From Oculina patagonica (Eukaryota), in NCBI RefSeq assembly GCF_052425735.1, contig NC_135771.1, forward strand, positions 3,658,001 to 3,722,000: a DNA stretch of 64,000 bases, in the 5' to 3' direction. The position numbers and the translations under genes are program-made. Under the pieces are notes generated by a model. It was given only the letters and a program-made list of their open reading frames with translations. It did not search any database and had not been told where the DNA came from. Every line of letters begins with the position of its first letter. Position 1 is the stretch's first letter. Shown here in pieces: positions 49,601-62,404 of the stretch.

Positions 49601-50305
49601 CACTCCTGCATAACTAGAGCTGCATTAAAATATTTTAATTGCCGGCTTAAAAGTTATATTTTGACATTAATTGGCTTTTAAAAGGTTAACTCTTGCAGGG
49701 AAAGATTAATTTAATTCTGTTAGACCACAATTGCAGTGGTCTCTACAAATTGTAACATATACATGTCTTTTATTAGTACCGTAATTTAAATTTATTTATT
49801 TATTTGTTTGTTTGCCCATCTTTCATTCATTTTATTTATTGGTTTATTTATTTATTTGTTTGTTTGTTTATTTATTTACTTATTTATTTGTATAAAAGTG
49901 AAAAAGGTAAACATGAAAGTCAGAAAAATAATGCTTTTGAGTGCTTAGAGTTTCAGTATGCAAAGCAATTCAGGACTGTCTGATAACTTGCAGGGCTAGT
50001 AGATTTTATCTCTCAATATCTCGACTAAATGGCAGGACAATGAAAATGGCCTTTGGGCTATAAGCACACAATAGCCTAAATCAACCTGGAAAGTGCCTCT
50101 TTACAACCTGTATAAAAATCTGTTGAATCCTGACATACTTGTCGTAATTATCTTGTTCCAGACATTCCGATCACTGAGGCTGTTTTCCTTTTCCCACTGC
50201 CCTAAGTGCCATCCCTCTGATGAAACAGATGTTATACATCAAAATGCAGTAACTCAAAGTGAAGAAGAAGGACAACTGAATGGTGATAGTGCTATTCCAC
50301 TTTAG
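43644..50305 (+). CDS. Phospholipid phosphatase (PAP2/LPP, PLPP1-3-like), paralogue 1; 6 coding exons
   Basis: Exons 43644-43856, 45644-45762, 47434-47634, 48764-48821, 49366-49542 and 50162-50305, all GT-AG with consistent phases. Motifs RGFFCDDTS, C1 KATVGRLRP, C2 SFPSAH and C3 SRIFDYWHHWGD. Confidence 0.93.
44530..45002. mobile_element. Intronic repeat with a long internal hairpin
   Basis: GTCATTACAGGGGAATCTCAGACC..GGCCTTGATGTATTGACC / GGTCAATACATCAAGGCC..GGTCTGAGATTCCCCTGTAATGAC. Confidence 0.65.
45852..46765. mobile_element. Three nested MITEs in PLPP intron 2
   Basis: Outer CAGGGCTGCAAATAA...TTATTTGCAGGCCTG; middle CCCAGGGGGGTACTCCG...CGGAGTACCCCCCTGGG; inner TAGGGGT...ACCCCTA with TGCTCG repeats (~46098-46342). 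Confidence 0.75.
47660..47965 (-). mobile_element. CORE-like tRNA SINE
   Basis: Reverse complement of the 12589 family. A second, older copy at ~48040-48435 is split by a MITE. Confidence 0.85.
48181..48418. mobile_element. PIF/Harbinger-like MITE inserted in a SINE
   Basis: GGCCGGGTTGTTC...GAACAACCCGGCC with 3-bp TSD CAG. Confidence 0.85.
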
Positions 50306-50834
50306 CAGGCCTTGGTGGACGTGTGAAAATCATATGAAAACCATGTCAAATTAAACTTCTTTTCACATACTATTTCACATGGTTTTCACACGTTTTCTTC
50401 TGGTAGTGCTTGTAAATATGTTCCTTGTTTACTATTTCTCATTGTTTTATATCTTGCAATTATTCTACATCGTTTTTACCATAGTATTTTAATTGTATTG
50501 TTCCAGAAAATATCCATACCCCTCCCATGGAAGGTTTTTTGGTTTGAATACCCCCACCCCTCTAGAAATTCCAGTTTAGAATTATACTTTCCTTTAAAAA
50601 GTTTGGCTTTTGAGACCCCCACCCCACCCTCTCTGAATTTCCAATGGTCTTCCATAGCGTGGGTATGAATATTTGTTGGAACTGCACATTAACTTAAGAG
50701 TGGGTAATGCTACCATTAATCAAATAAATCACAGTTGTTTTCCCATCATCAATTGCTGATTGATGGCTATAAAAGCCAAGTGGTTTTAAATGGTTAAATT
50801 TTTATGCCAGTATAATTTGTATTTAAAAAGCAGA

Positions 50835-51215
50835 TACCGTATTTATTCGATTAAGCGCCCTGGGCGCTTATTAAATTTTTGGACCTTGAGAGTGGGCGCT
50901 TATTCGAGGTGGGCGCTTATTCGAGGCTGGGCGCTTATTAAATTTTCGCGATTTTTAGCAAAAAGTAAGTTTATTTATGTAACAAAACAAAGCAAAATTT
51001 TGACTGTTCATTGAAAGTTTCTGAAAAATACTAAGAAAACTCGGTCATGGGGGAAGTCTTCTTAGTAGTACTTAGTCAATTTCAATAATCAATACTCCTC
51101 TTGTGCACTTCAGTTTTTTCGTGGGGTGGGGGGTGGGCACTTATTCGAGGCCGGGCGCCTATTAACTTTTCCTACCTTAGGGTGGGCGCTTATTCAAGGT
51201 GGGCGCTTATTCAAG
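50835..51215. mobile_element. Tc1/mariner-like MITE remnant
   Basis: TACCGTATTTATTCGATTAAGCGCCC start and GGGCGCTTATTCGAG repeats; a fragment also lies at ~35907. Confidence 0.65.
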
Positions 51216-54125
51216 GTTGATTGGATAAGGAAAGAAATGGTTTTTTTAGTAATTTTACATGTATGCTGTGCATATAAAACGCCTAGCTCATTGAAACATA
51301 TGAATATGGAATAGAGATAAGATGAGAGCGAAGGGCAGGGGTAGGTGGATCTAGGAGGAGGGTGCAGGGGATGCAGGGGATGCATGACCCCCCCCCCCCT
51401 CCCTGAGGCAAACAAAAAAAGTCTCTCCATTTGTCCAAATCTATTCTTCAAATAAAAAAATGGACAGCAGCGGCTGGCCCTTCGCTAAGAGTCCTTGCCA
51501 AACGCCCCTGAGATGACTTGTAGCTTTCTAATACAACTGGTGTTTTACCCAAAAAAAACTGTGTGGTTTATTGGTGCACCCCCTCCTAAGAAAAATCCTG
51601 CATCTGGCCCCCCTGAAGGGTTAGGGAAACCTGAAGTTTCCAGGCATCCCAATTATTAGCAATTCAGCCATAAAAATTTAAAGAAATGGAACCATTTTAC
51701 AACAAAGTTGTCACACAACTGGCAATAATTACCGTCTGTAGCATCCTCGTTCCCAGAGCCTGTGATCCATTTGGTCTGCGCCATTTGAACCCTCTGGCCA
51801 GTGAGTCCTGTTAATCTGACATCCAACAGATCACCAAAATCTGTCTGTGTTAACTGGGTTTTCATAAAATAAAATTACTGCTGGGGTCTTGAAAAAAATG
51901 TAATACCAAATTGTTGTAATAATTTCCTTTTAAAGGTTTTGAAATTTGGAGGGGTTTTAAAGGATCTTATTTGTGGGATAATTTTAGCAGAAAATGACAT
52001 TTTGGTGGGGGCAGAAGTGTATTTTATAGTTCTATAATTTTGTATATAAAAAGGTTTTTCACAGGTTTCACAGTCCATAGGTCAAATTGCTGAAATTGGA
52101 CATAGTTTAACCCCCGGGGGGGGGGGGGTACTCCCATATGAGAGTGACGGGGATGCTCGTCATCTCGCTTAGGGGTATAAATTTCGGACTTTGGGTCTCG
52201 CTTAGGGTGTTCTGGGGAAAATGCAAGAAAATGACAATATTTTTAGCCGTCAGGGTCTCGTTTAGGGTTATACACGAAGAAATATACCAATATAAGTTTT
52301 TTTTCTTAGAATTTTGGTATCTTTTAGGGGTCTAAAATAGCTTGAGTCACGCCCAGATTGGTCTCTTTTAGGGGTTCTTTTCAAAATTTCCGACGAGCAT
52401 CCCCGTCCATTTAATATGGGAGTTCCCCCCCACCCCGGGAGTTTAACTTACAGTGCCATGTTAAGGACTGTTTTTATCTTTGGTAATTCTATACTTGCAA
52501 GACTTATTTGTCAATTTCCAGTCTGTTAGAACCGGCTGTCATTACACAGACTGACCAGTCTCGTGTATTTAATCAGACTGGCTTGAATAATATTAATGTA
52601 TCACTTGCACTGTTATTTACTTGTTTATTAAGACAACTGTTTATAATATTTATAGCATAAATGCACTTTAATAAATTATTTATTGCATTGCACTTTATTT
52701 ACACCAGCACATTTTTGGTGCAAAGTAATTTATGCAGATAAAAATCCTTTCAACAAAATGTTTTTATCGTAGATTTTTAAGAACATGGTTTAATACGCGG
52801 GTAACGCATTGAAGAATTGTTACTAGTTACTTACTTATCCTCATCGGGCCCATGAGGACTCTTGAGGCCGGGTTGAAGAATTGTAGTATTTGCTAAATAA
52901 ATAAAAAAAGGCGAGAAATGTTCTCTTAATTTCGTTGCGCGTTTTTATCTCGTTTCATTAAACTGTCGCTTCTTTCTAAGTTGTCTAGGTTACCGCTCTA
53001 CTAACTTTGCTTACCAGTCTTATTTCCTTCGGTAAATTAACATTATTACATGACTAACATAATAAGAGGGCCAGTAGTTAAAATCAAGCAATATTTACTA
53101 TAAGATGATTAGACCGGGTATTGTCCTGAATGTTCCCGCGCTAACCTGAGTAACGTTTGTTTGGATTACAAAGGTAAAAAAATAACCTTGACGCGTATGA
53201 AAACCCCCCTCGAACTTTTTGTTGGCGGCTTGGAAAACAACGTTAGGGAGTTTTTCCGACTGAAACACCCGGTGGGTTCTCCGTTATGGCTTTCCACAAG
53301 TCACTCTGCAACTTTTTGGCAACTTTTCATATTTCGAGCAACTTTTTCCTCGTTAAGCAACTTATTTCCTTTCGAGCAACTTGTTGTATTTTGAGCAAGT
53401 TCTAGACCGAAGATCTCCGAAGATTTTTACGATGCCTTTCCTTATTTAGTTTGAAATACTTCAGGCTTTTTAAAAAACGACAGAATCGCTTCTGGTGCGT
53501 GACCAAGCCCTCTTATGTTCAAACGCAGTGGTGCAAAAAAGACAAGAACATTTGCATAATGTTCGAAGAAACCATTCAATAATATAACGATCGCGACCAG
53601 ACACGGCAATAATAAACTCTCAATCGGTGAGATCGAAGTTGGGGTTTAAACTGAAAAACAACATAAACAAAAACCTATGAAACACACTGAAATAAACAAG
53701 CAGCGCCAAAACTCACATTTGGTAAGTTTTCCGCACCTGTACAGCCCCACGGCATTAACTATGTATGCAACTATTTCATACTTTCACTGAACACAAACAG
53801 CAATCATGAAAAGAACGAGTCAGTCAGAAAAATTGTATGCCTCACATTTTTCTGGTGCTGTGGCCGCGAAAAAAGTCACGCTGTAGTAACAGCAGGCGAA
53901 AACTGCAGAAATCTGCGCACGTACAATACGGTGAACACTAAGATGAAACTGACGGTAACGACGCTGAAAATGTGAATATAAAGTAATACAAAAACGCTTT
54001 TGCTAACTACGTGATGTAATCCGACGCCAACTAACACCTAATCTCCTAAGGGATATTCCTAAGGGATCAAAAAAGGCGCGTAATGTGTAAGATCCAACAC
54101 TGTGATCGACGTTTAAGCTCACAAG

Positions 54126-57100
54126 ATGGCTTCTAACGTCAAACTTATCAATATTGTGCTCGATTTGATATGTTTTCTACTGGTTTTTATCGTTTTCTTG
54201 GTAATCAAGATTACTCTATACACCACCGCGGAGGGATTGTACCCGACTAAGACGGAATTTCTGTGCGGGGATACAAGCATTCAGAAGACGAAAAAGATAA
54301 GCTCTGTGGGCTTCGAAGCTTTATCATTATCGTTTATCGCTCTCGTTTATCTTTCCCTTATTGGTGGTGAGTTTGCGTTGCAACATCATTTACAGTCTTT
54401 AATAGAAGTCTTTATAGTAAAAAGGTCAATGTAGATGTCAATTTAGAGGTCAATTGACCTCGCTCCCAATGCGTGGCTTCGCAGCTCAGTTGGTAGAGCA
54501 TCGCACTGGTATCGCAGAGGTCACGGTTTCAAATCCCGTTGAAGCCCTGAATTTTTTCAGGCTTCTTTTCTCCAATTACTTAAATTAGAAATTCACTGGG
54601 CAAGATTTCCGCACAGCCACATACATTAATTGTGTATGCAATTTTCTGACTGACTCGTTCTTTTCATGATATTGCTGTTTGTGTATAGTGATAGTATGAA
54701 ATAGTTGCATACATAATTAATGTATGGGACTGTGCGGAAATCTTTCCTATTACATCATTACTACGTTTACAAGGACATTTTCGTTAGTTGTTTATAGTGT
54801 TGTGACTCTTTCGCTTTTCCTGCTGACTTTTATGCCTGGCTTTCACTAGCGACGCAAGCACAAGCGCAAGGATAACTGCTCTTATTTCACCGTGAAAAGG
54901 CTTCCACTCAAGCAAAAGCGCATTGCATTTTGACCCTTATGCTTGTGATTGCGGCAAGCACAAGCACAAGGGTCAAACTTTGTCCTTTTTGCGTGATCGC
55001 GCTTGTGCTTGCACTTGTGCTTGCGTCGCTAGTGAAGACCAAGCTTTGGGGTGCTGAAGACAAACTGAGTTTCTTTGAAAATTAATATTCCTAAGCAAAA
55101 GACTTTTGTAAAAGGAATAGTTCCTGGCTTGCAAACTTAATGCCAGTAACCGATAGCTTACCGAAATGATTAGGCAACGATATCCGGCTGTTTTAATTTC
55201 AGCCAGGGAACTGCACGTGGATTTCCAGTTGTTTTTTTTTTTTCGAGTCGTTAAGCGAAAAGATTTAAAGTTTGTAGAGGTAATTTATTTAGTTCGGTAG
55301 AACAACTTCTTTTCTTATGCAAATTTGTGAAAAACACTTCACAACGAGATTGTTAAAAAAAAACTAGGTTAGTTGGTTCAGCTGTGTTCAGATATCTGCT
55401 GAAGTCTCCCGGAACAAGTGTAAATGCATGATCAAACGTTCTCGAACGAGAGCATTCATTCCATTGATCGAACAGCTCTATATCTGCTGCTACACTTGTT
55501 GAGCTCAATTGAAAAGGTAGGGCGGACTCGGATTGTTTATTAAGTGTTGATGTAAGTTAGTCAACCATCAAAGAAACTTTTAAATTCACCAAAGACGAAA
55601 ACCACTTTCCACGAAGTGCCGCGGTCCACGAAAGCGATCCGACGCGGGACACGTCAAGACCGGACCGAAGAGCGCCAAACAAAAGGAAAAACACTGATGC
55701 CGCAACTGGGACGGAACTGAATCACTTTCGTTGCCAAAAGAACCGCCGGAAGGAAAACTAATCAATACCTGTAAAACAACACTTCGCACTCCAACAAGTC
55801 TATTGTCTTTTTGATTATAATTTTCTATAGAGCAAACAAGATAAAGAAGCACACAATTGTACGCAGCATAATGATTCTCAAGTTCGGTTATGCTGATTTC
55901 TCTCGTGTAAATTAGATCTCGACGCAATTTTTCGAAGTTCTGTAGAAGAGTTATTAAAAGCAATCGTAAACGCGCGCCTCGGGTGAGGATTACGAAGAGC
56001 AAGGTTCTCCGACTGGGCCCGAGTGAATTTGTTTGTTTTCCTTTTTGGGAGGGAGGAAAGAAGGAAGGGAGGGAGGGAGCTTTTGTTCTGAGCTTTTGTT
56101 TTGTGGCTTTTTCATTTATACAAGTTGATGGAGATCTTAAAAGAGGCTTGTGAAATAACCGCGAGTCTCGACAAATTTGTATTGAACACGGCAGATATTG
56201 ATTGTTGAGGGCTGTAACAAAATGACAAGGTCAGATGAAGATCAAGATGAGAAGGAGGAATCATGTGGACCGATGACCCTAAAGCCCTGGATTACCAGGT
56301 AAGAGGCCCGGGAGGGGGGGGGGGTACTCCCTACTCCCATAAATTTCGGCGAAGGTTCTTAAACCCTGACCCTATTTAAGGATAAAGAAAGCAAAAATGG
56401 ATACCCTTTTTAAGGCCCAAAACCGAAAAATGACACCCTATTTAAGGGAAGGAGAAGCGTTCCGTGACGACCCAAATAGCGGCTAACCGCGCACGGCCAA
56501 ACACAAATCTTTATAAAATCGCTTTACTAATACCTTGAATGGATTGTTCGGTTAAGATACCTTTTTTCGATTAGCTGGGCGTTTATTAAAGCTGATAAAA
56601 TTTAGGTACCCTATCTAAGGATCACAGCGGGAACAAAATGCCAAAAGGAACAAAAATGATACCCTATTAAAGGACAGAGAACCTCAAAAACCATACCCTA
56701 TCCTGCGGCACATACCTATATAGCTCATATATGGGAGTACCCCCCGGGGTGAGAGGCCTTCGATAAAAATTTAATACATGTAAAATACCCCCTACTTTAG
56801 TTACTGTTCTCACTGTTCACAGTTTCACTTGCAAGAGTTTGGTTTTCATCAGTGATACCAAGATTAATGCGTTCAGTACTCGTGCAATCCCTGACGAGAG
56901 CAAACTTCTGAATAGATATCACACTTATTAAAGCGACTGTGTCACGGCTAAGTTAATTTTATATGTTTTGAAATTTTGCCAAACATTCGCTATGAAACTA
57001 AACGCCTGCAAAGAAATTATCTCTATGATTCATATCTTGATTGCAGCAAAATGCGTCTCCTGAGCGTTATAATTTAAAGTTACAAGCAGACAAGATTTAT

Positions 57101-60100
57101 TTCAAAAACTTTTCCGCCTGACCATATTTCAAAAACCCATATCAAAATTCGTTTTTAGTCATTTTTGGCCATCGGTACCTACTTTTGCATTTGGTGTGTT
57201 TTTTAAATATTCCTTCACTGTTTTAAGAGGTTATTTTATATATTTACAGGGCCGTACAGGATTTTTGGCCTGCGGGGGGCAAACTTCGTACACTGCCCTT
57301 AGTTTTCTACGTTTTTTAGTTTATTTCTTTTCCTTTAGTTTTCTTAGTTTTTTTGGTATTCCTTGTGGGGGCAAATAACCCCCCCCTCCCCCCCCCCCCC
57401 GCTATGTACGACCCTGATTTAAAGGGTTTGATGGTCATTTCCTATACCTAAGTTTGGCTAAAATCCGTGACACGGTCCCTAATGTTTTGTATAACACGTT
57501 ACACGTCACCGCGCATATTTCATTTACCGATCGACCTTCTTACAACAGTTGCGACAATAGCCTGCATTTTTATAAAAATGATTTACTTTTCCTTGTAGCA
57601 TGATTTCGCTGATGTTTTTCTTCATTTTTGGTGGATTCGTGAATGAAATCATAACCGACCTTTCCAAGGTCACTGTGGGCCGTCTGAGGCCCTCATTTGG
57701 AAGCGTGTGCAAGGCCAATGTCACAGAGGTCGCCTGCCAACAAGGCTACGTCACGAGTGACGTTTGCACCGGAGACCCTTATGCTGTCAAAATAGCCCAG
57801 TAAGGATGCTTTGGTTGTTTTTGTTTGTTTGCTTGTTGTGTGTCAGTTCAAAGTAATCATAAAAGCCAGTCAGTATAGACCCCAAATAATACACTAACTA
57901 ACTAATATGGCCCTATTCTCCCAGAGGAGAGTCAGGATTAAGAAGAAGAAGAACTAATAAACGGTGTTTACGCAGATTTTTGGTCTAAACTGTTCTGTAG
58001 TTAGTGTTATACAACTTAAACCTACATTACATCTCCTTTATTCCACCTCGGATTTACTAGGGTAGCTGTATGGCGGAAGAGCCCCCAAGGGGGAGCTATN
58101 NNNNNNNNNNNNNNNNNNNNNNNNNNNNNNNNNNNNNNNNNNNNNNNNNNNNNNNNNNNNNNNNNNNNNNNNNNNNNNNNNNNNNNNNNNNNNNNNNNNN
58201 NNNNNNNNNNNNNNNNNNNNNNNNNNNNNNNNNNNNNNNNNNNNNNNNNNNNNNNNNNNNNNNNNNNNNNNNNNNNNNNNNNNNNNNNNNNNNNNNNNNN
58301 NNNNNNNNNNNNNNNNNNNNNNNNNNNNNNNNNNNNNNNNNNNNNNNNNNNNTTTCCGAGAAAGAAAAGACGAATAATAAATAAATAAATAAATTAGTAT
58401 TAATAATATAAGTAAAAATAAAATTATATTTTAAATATAATAGTCCTCGGTTAGTTTGTTTCACATGTTTTCAGCAGTGTATCTAAAGGAATGAAGACCG
58501 TATTGGTTGTGTTAACGTATGGCATCATTTCGAACTGGAGTGTCTTAAAAACTGTTTTCATCATGTCTTGGCATCTAATACTTTACAGATCTCTAGACAG
58601 AGACTTCTCGTCTAGAATAATTCTGAGCGCCATTTTGGTAAGATTCTCTAATTCTCTAAACCCATGAAAAACAATAGTTTTGATCATCTAAAGGGAGATA
58701 TAACCTTAATGTATGAATAGAAATTAAACATAGGCTATAAATATCTATTGTTTGAAGATGCTCAGAAACACAACTTGAAACAATTTTGAAAGTATTTGGG
58801 AGAGCGCGCGGTTACTGGTCCGGATTGTGTAAACAATTAGACATCTTGATATAGATGCATGGATCTATTATTGGCTAATATCAAATGATGTCAATGATGT
58901 TTAAATGGTTGATAACCATTCCTTGCAGATTGGGTTTCCCGTCTGGCCACAGTTCCATTTCCATGTACGGAATGTTGTTTCTTGCGGTAAGTCTTAGTCT
59001 GTAAATATAAGGCGATACAACACATAAAATGTCTAAAAATATGTCATTTCTCTGCTATAATTAAAAGATATATAGAGTCTGTACGGACAGTTACTCGAGG
59101 TTCACGCACGAAGCGTTCATCAGACTTTGCCGTTAGAGCCCATGGAGGACGGTTGGTACGATCCTGTCTCTTTATTGGCCGCGTAGAATTTGTTTTCGTG
59201 TCTGAACTTGGTAACAAGCTAAGATCTTTTGATAGTAGGCAGAGCTTCTCCGTCAGACACAAATTGCAGCGCGACAGTTATTTTAATATTATTATTAAAA
59301 TGTCGGTGTTTTTGTCTTTCCGGTCCCAGATTAGACTTGCTCCAAGTCAGGCTCGTTTGATTCGCAGGAGACCACTGAATACGAAAACGGAGGGCGAGTG
59401 CGGGCATGATAAACAAAAAGGCGGAGAATCGTGGCGGAACGAGCAGTCGCTCGTTCCGAGCCATTCCTCGACGCAAGGATAAATGAATTTCGCGCGGTCA
59501 CTCGCGCACGATTTCAAAGCGAGCTTACTCAAGTAGTTCTATCAACACGAAACGAGCGACTTGGAGCAAGTCTAGTCCCAGATGTACATTAATAGTACAG
59601 AAACAGGATCGCACCAACCGTCCCCCATGAACTTAGTTTAAATTGTTATAGTATCTTTTCGCTCTGCATCGAGCACTCGTACGATTGTGTGAAACCATTT
59701 GCGTTTTTTCTTTGTTTAATTTCTCTGCTACACAGTTTTATATCCAGTCAGCCGTGAGGACGGAAGCTAAGCTGTTGAAGCCATTGCTGCAGATTGTGCT
59801 CGTGTCTTTGTCCTTGTTCATTGGATTAAGCCGCATCAATGACAATCAACACTTCATGAGCGACGTTTTTGCGGGCTTCTTGCTCGGTGCCACTATTGCG
59901 TGGCTTATGGTGAGTTATTTTCCTTTGATAGCGTTATTTTAAAGAAGCCTTCGGGAAGAGGTACTCGGCCCGTAAATGGGCCCTTTGCAGCTAACACAGA
60001 GGTGGCCGAGCGTTTTGGAACGTGGGGGGCTAAGACCGTCCCAAAAATACTCGGTAGTTTTTCATAATTGGAACAACTTTTTTCCGTTCTAGCAACCTTT

Positions 60101-61794
60101 TTATTTCTAAGCATTTTTTAGACTGAAAGATTTCCGAAGATTAAGCAGTTTCTAAGCAGTTTCTAGACCGATCGATTTCGAAGATTCTCCAATTGTTGTT
60201 CGAAGGCCATACGAACGTTTTTGATCGTTTTTCGAACTTTTCCGAACACGTCCAAGGAAGTTTCGAAGATGTTTGAACTTACTCACGAGACGGAATATCT
60301 TGACAAACCAATTTTACGCTGCACTCACAACATTTTCGGCACCAAAACGTGGGGGGCTAAGCGCTCCCCCCCCCCCCAAAAAAAAACAAATTTCATTTGG
60401 TGAGGGGGGGGGGCCTGTAGCCCCCCCCCCCCCTCCGCTTCCTTGCTTCACTGCCTATATATTAAACTATCCCATGGTACAAAGTAACACCTCGTTGGAG
60501 GGCAAGCAACGCTCTGGGACATTCAAAACAAATCCGGCTGGAGGGCAGCTAAAGTCAACTTTTTGGCTTGTTTCCGCAAAGACTTTGCTTTGAAATGTGG
60601 CCAGGACTGCTCCCGGCTTTTGATTTTTTGGGGGCTGGGCTCAGCAGCCTTGAGGCCTCTGAGAGCTTAGCTGTGACCGGGCATGGGAAGGCTCCCTAGC
60701 AGTGCCCCTTGGCTCATTAATACCCACAGGGGGAAGGGAGGGGAGGGCTAAGAGAGTTGCTGGCCCCTGGCAGTTTCGGGGGCCTTGTTTTCTAAAGTCA
60801 GGACAGATGAAAGAGTAAAACAAAAACTAAGAATTCTATGAACAGGTGGTTTTTTATTTTAACTGGACGTTAACGCATTTTGATTTTAACTATTTAGTTC
60901 TATCTTCGGATCACAGCGGAATGACAATCCCAAAAGGGGCAAAAAGGATTGCAAGGACTGAGAACCTCAAAAATCGTATTCTATCCATACCTATATACTC
61001 CACATATGGAATTCCCCATCTTCCAGGGGTAAAAGGCTCAGTGAATACGGGATTATGAATGAGCTACCAGTGTGGGCGTTTTCTGCTCACACATAGTCCT
61101 TTTCGCCTTATTCTCTTTTAAAATAGAGCTTGTGTTGTTATGGAAGTTCACTTACTTGAACGCAAATAAATCGTTAATCTTTGTATAGTCAATTTTTCCT
61201 TGTCGAGTTAGCGGTAACTTATTTTCCAGGGATGCCATGAGCGTACACTTGTTTCCCGCATTCGGATATTTTCGTTATTTTAAGATATTTTTGGATTTCG
61301 ACCAACCCACAGCAGAACTTGTACAAATATATACTAGTTATGCAACGCTTTCGAGTGGTATACCATGGAATATCCCACTTGTCACTTGCACTTTCTTGGT
61401 ATAAACACTCGCCTTAACAGTTTACCACGAGAATTTAACTATTTTATACCATGCCATAGAAAATACGCTTACTATATTTCGTCCATCATAAGATTGTAGC
61501 GCACGATGGGTAGGTTGGATTGAATACCGTCGAAAATACAACGGCTTTCCTGTATTCTAATTGGTTGTATTTTTTATGGCATGGTATAAACAGCTAAACA
61601 AAACACTCAATTGCCTAATTTCTGTCGTTGTTTTATCAAACTTGTTAGTTCCAGCATTCTAATTCTAAATTCTCGTTTTTCTTTCTTTCTAGGCATTCAA
61701 GGTCCTGAAGCTCTTTGCCATTCCAACCCGGAAGCCAAAAATATACACACTTTTGCCACAACAACGCCAAATCTCCATCAACGAGGCCGAATAA
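54126..61794 (+). CDS. Phospholipid phosphatase (PAP2/LPP), paralogue 2; 6 coding exons, apparent frameshift in exon 1
   Basis: Exons 54126-54366, 56195-56298, 57599-57799, 58929-58986, 59736-59909 and 61693-61794. C1 KVTVGRLRP, C2 GFPSGH, C3 SRINDNQHFMSD. Intron positions match paralogue 1. Confidence 0.88.
54472..54565 (+). repeat. tRNA-like repeat (pseudo-tRNA or SINE head)
   Basis: AGCTCAGTTGGTAGAGC A box, degenerate B box GGTTTCAAATCCC and an imperfect anticodon stem. Confidence 0.6.
54833..55046. mobile_element. MITE (TTCACTAGCGACGCAAGCACAAG / CTTGTGCTTGCGTCGCTAGTGAA)
   Basis: Long TIRs with GCAAGCACAA repeats. Confidence 0.8.
56928..57482. mobile_element. Kolobok-like element with a nested hAT-like MITE (57247-57416)
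   Basis: TTAAAGCGACTGTGTCACGG ... CCGTGACACGGTCCCTAA; homologous to 24430-24800. Confidence 0.7.
58100..58352. other. Assembly gap (N run) in PLPP paralogue 2 intron 3
   Basis: 253 Ns. Confidence 1.
59332..59574. mobile_element. MITE with TAG...CTA termini and 9-bp TSD
   Basis: TAGACTTGCTCCAAGTC / GACTTGGAGCAAGTCTA; TSD GTCCCAGAT. Confidence 0.9.
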
Positions 61795-62404
61795 GACCAG
61801 TGACTGTATTTAAGGCTGTCCACAACTTGCTCGGCAACTGTTTGGCAACTTTTCAGATTGCGAGCAATTTTATGAACTCTTAGCAACATTTATCCATTCT
61901 GAGAGATCGCAGCATTTTTCAGTTTTTAAATATTCGGAAGATTTTTGAATGCTTTCCGAAGACTTCCGAGGATGATTCAATAGCCTTCTAACGAAATATC
62001 AACAAATTTTGGCTCATATGGAATAAAAATTACACATTCGTCAGTAAACATGAAGCCATTGTTATGTTCAAATGTGAAAGATATCCTATCATTTGCATTT
62101 TACCTTACGATTTTTCTTTAATTAATTATTTTATTTATTTATTTATTTATGTATTTATTTATCTAATTATTAATCAATACATTTATTTATACACGGTACT
62201 AGCAGCTGGACAAGTTATACAACCCACTTTCATAAGACTTCGGCCATTTCTATTGATCAATGCAAGTATGTAATACTGATTCCTCGTATTCCATAGTGAA
62301 AGCAGCTTGCATTTCAAGGTTTTTCGAAGTTGTTAAAATTTTTTAACTCTTTTAAAGTTCAAACAAACTGTTTTCACTGAGCACTCGGAATTTTTTCCAT
62401 TTAC

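Noticed and set aside
54472-54550. Functional tRNA gene
   Set aside because: The B box is degenerate, the anticodon stem pairs poorly and the context is repeat-like; called a tRNA-derived repeat.
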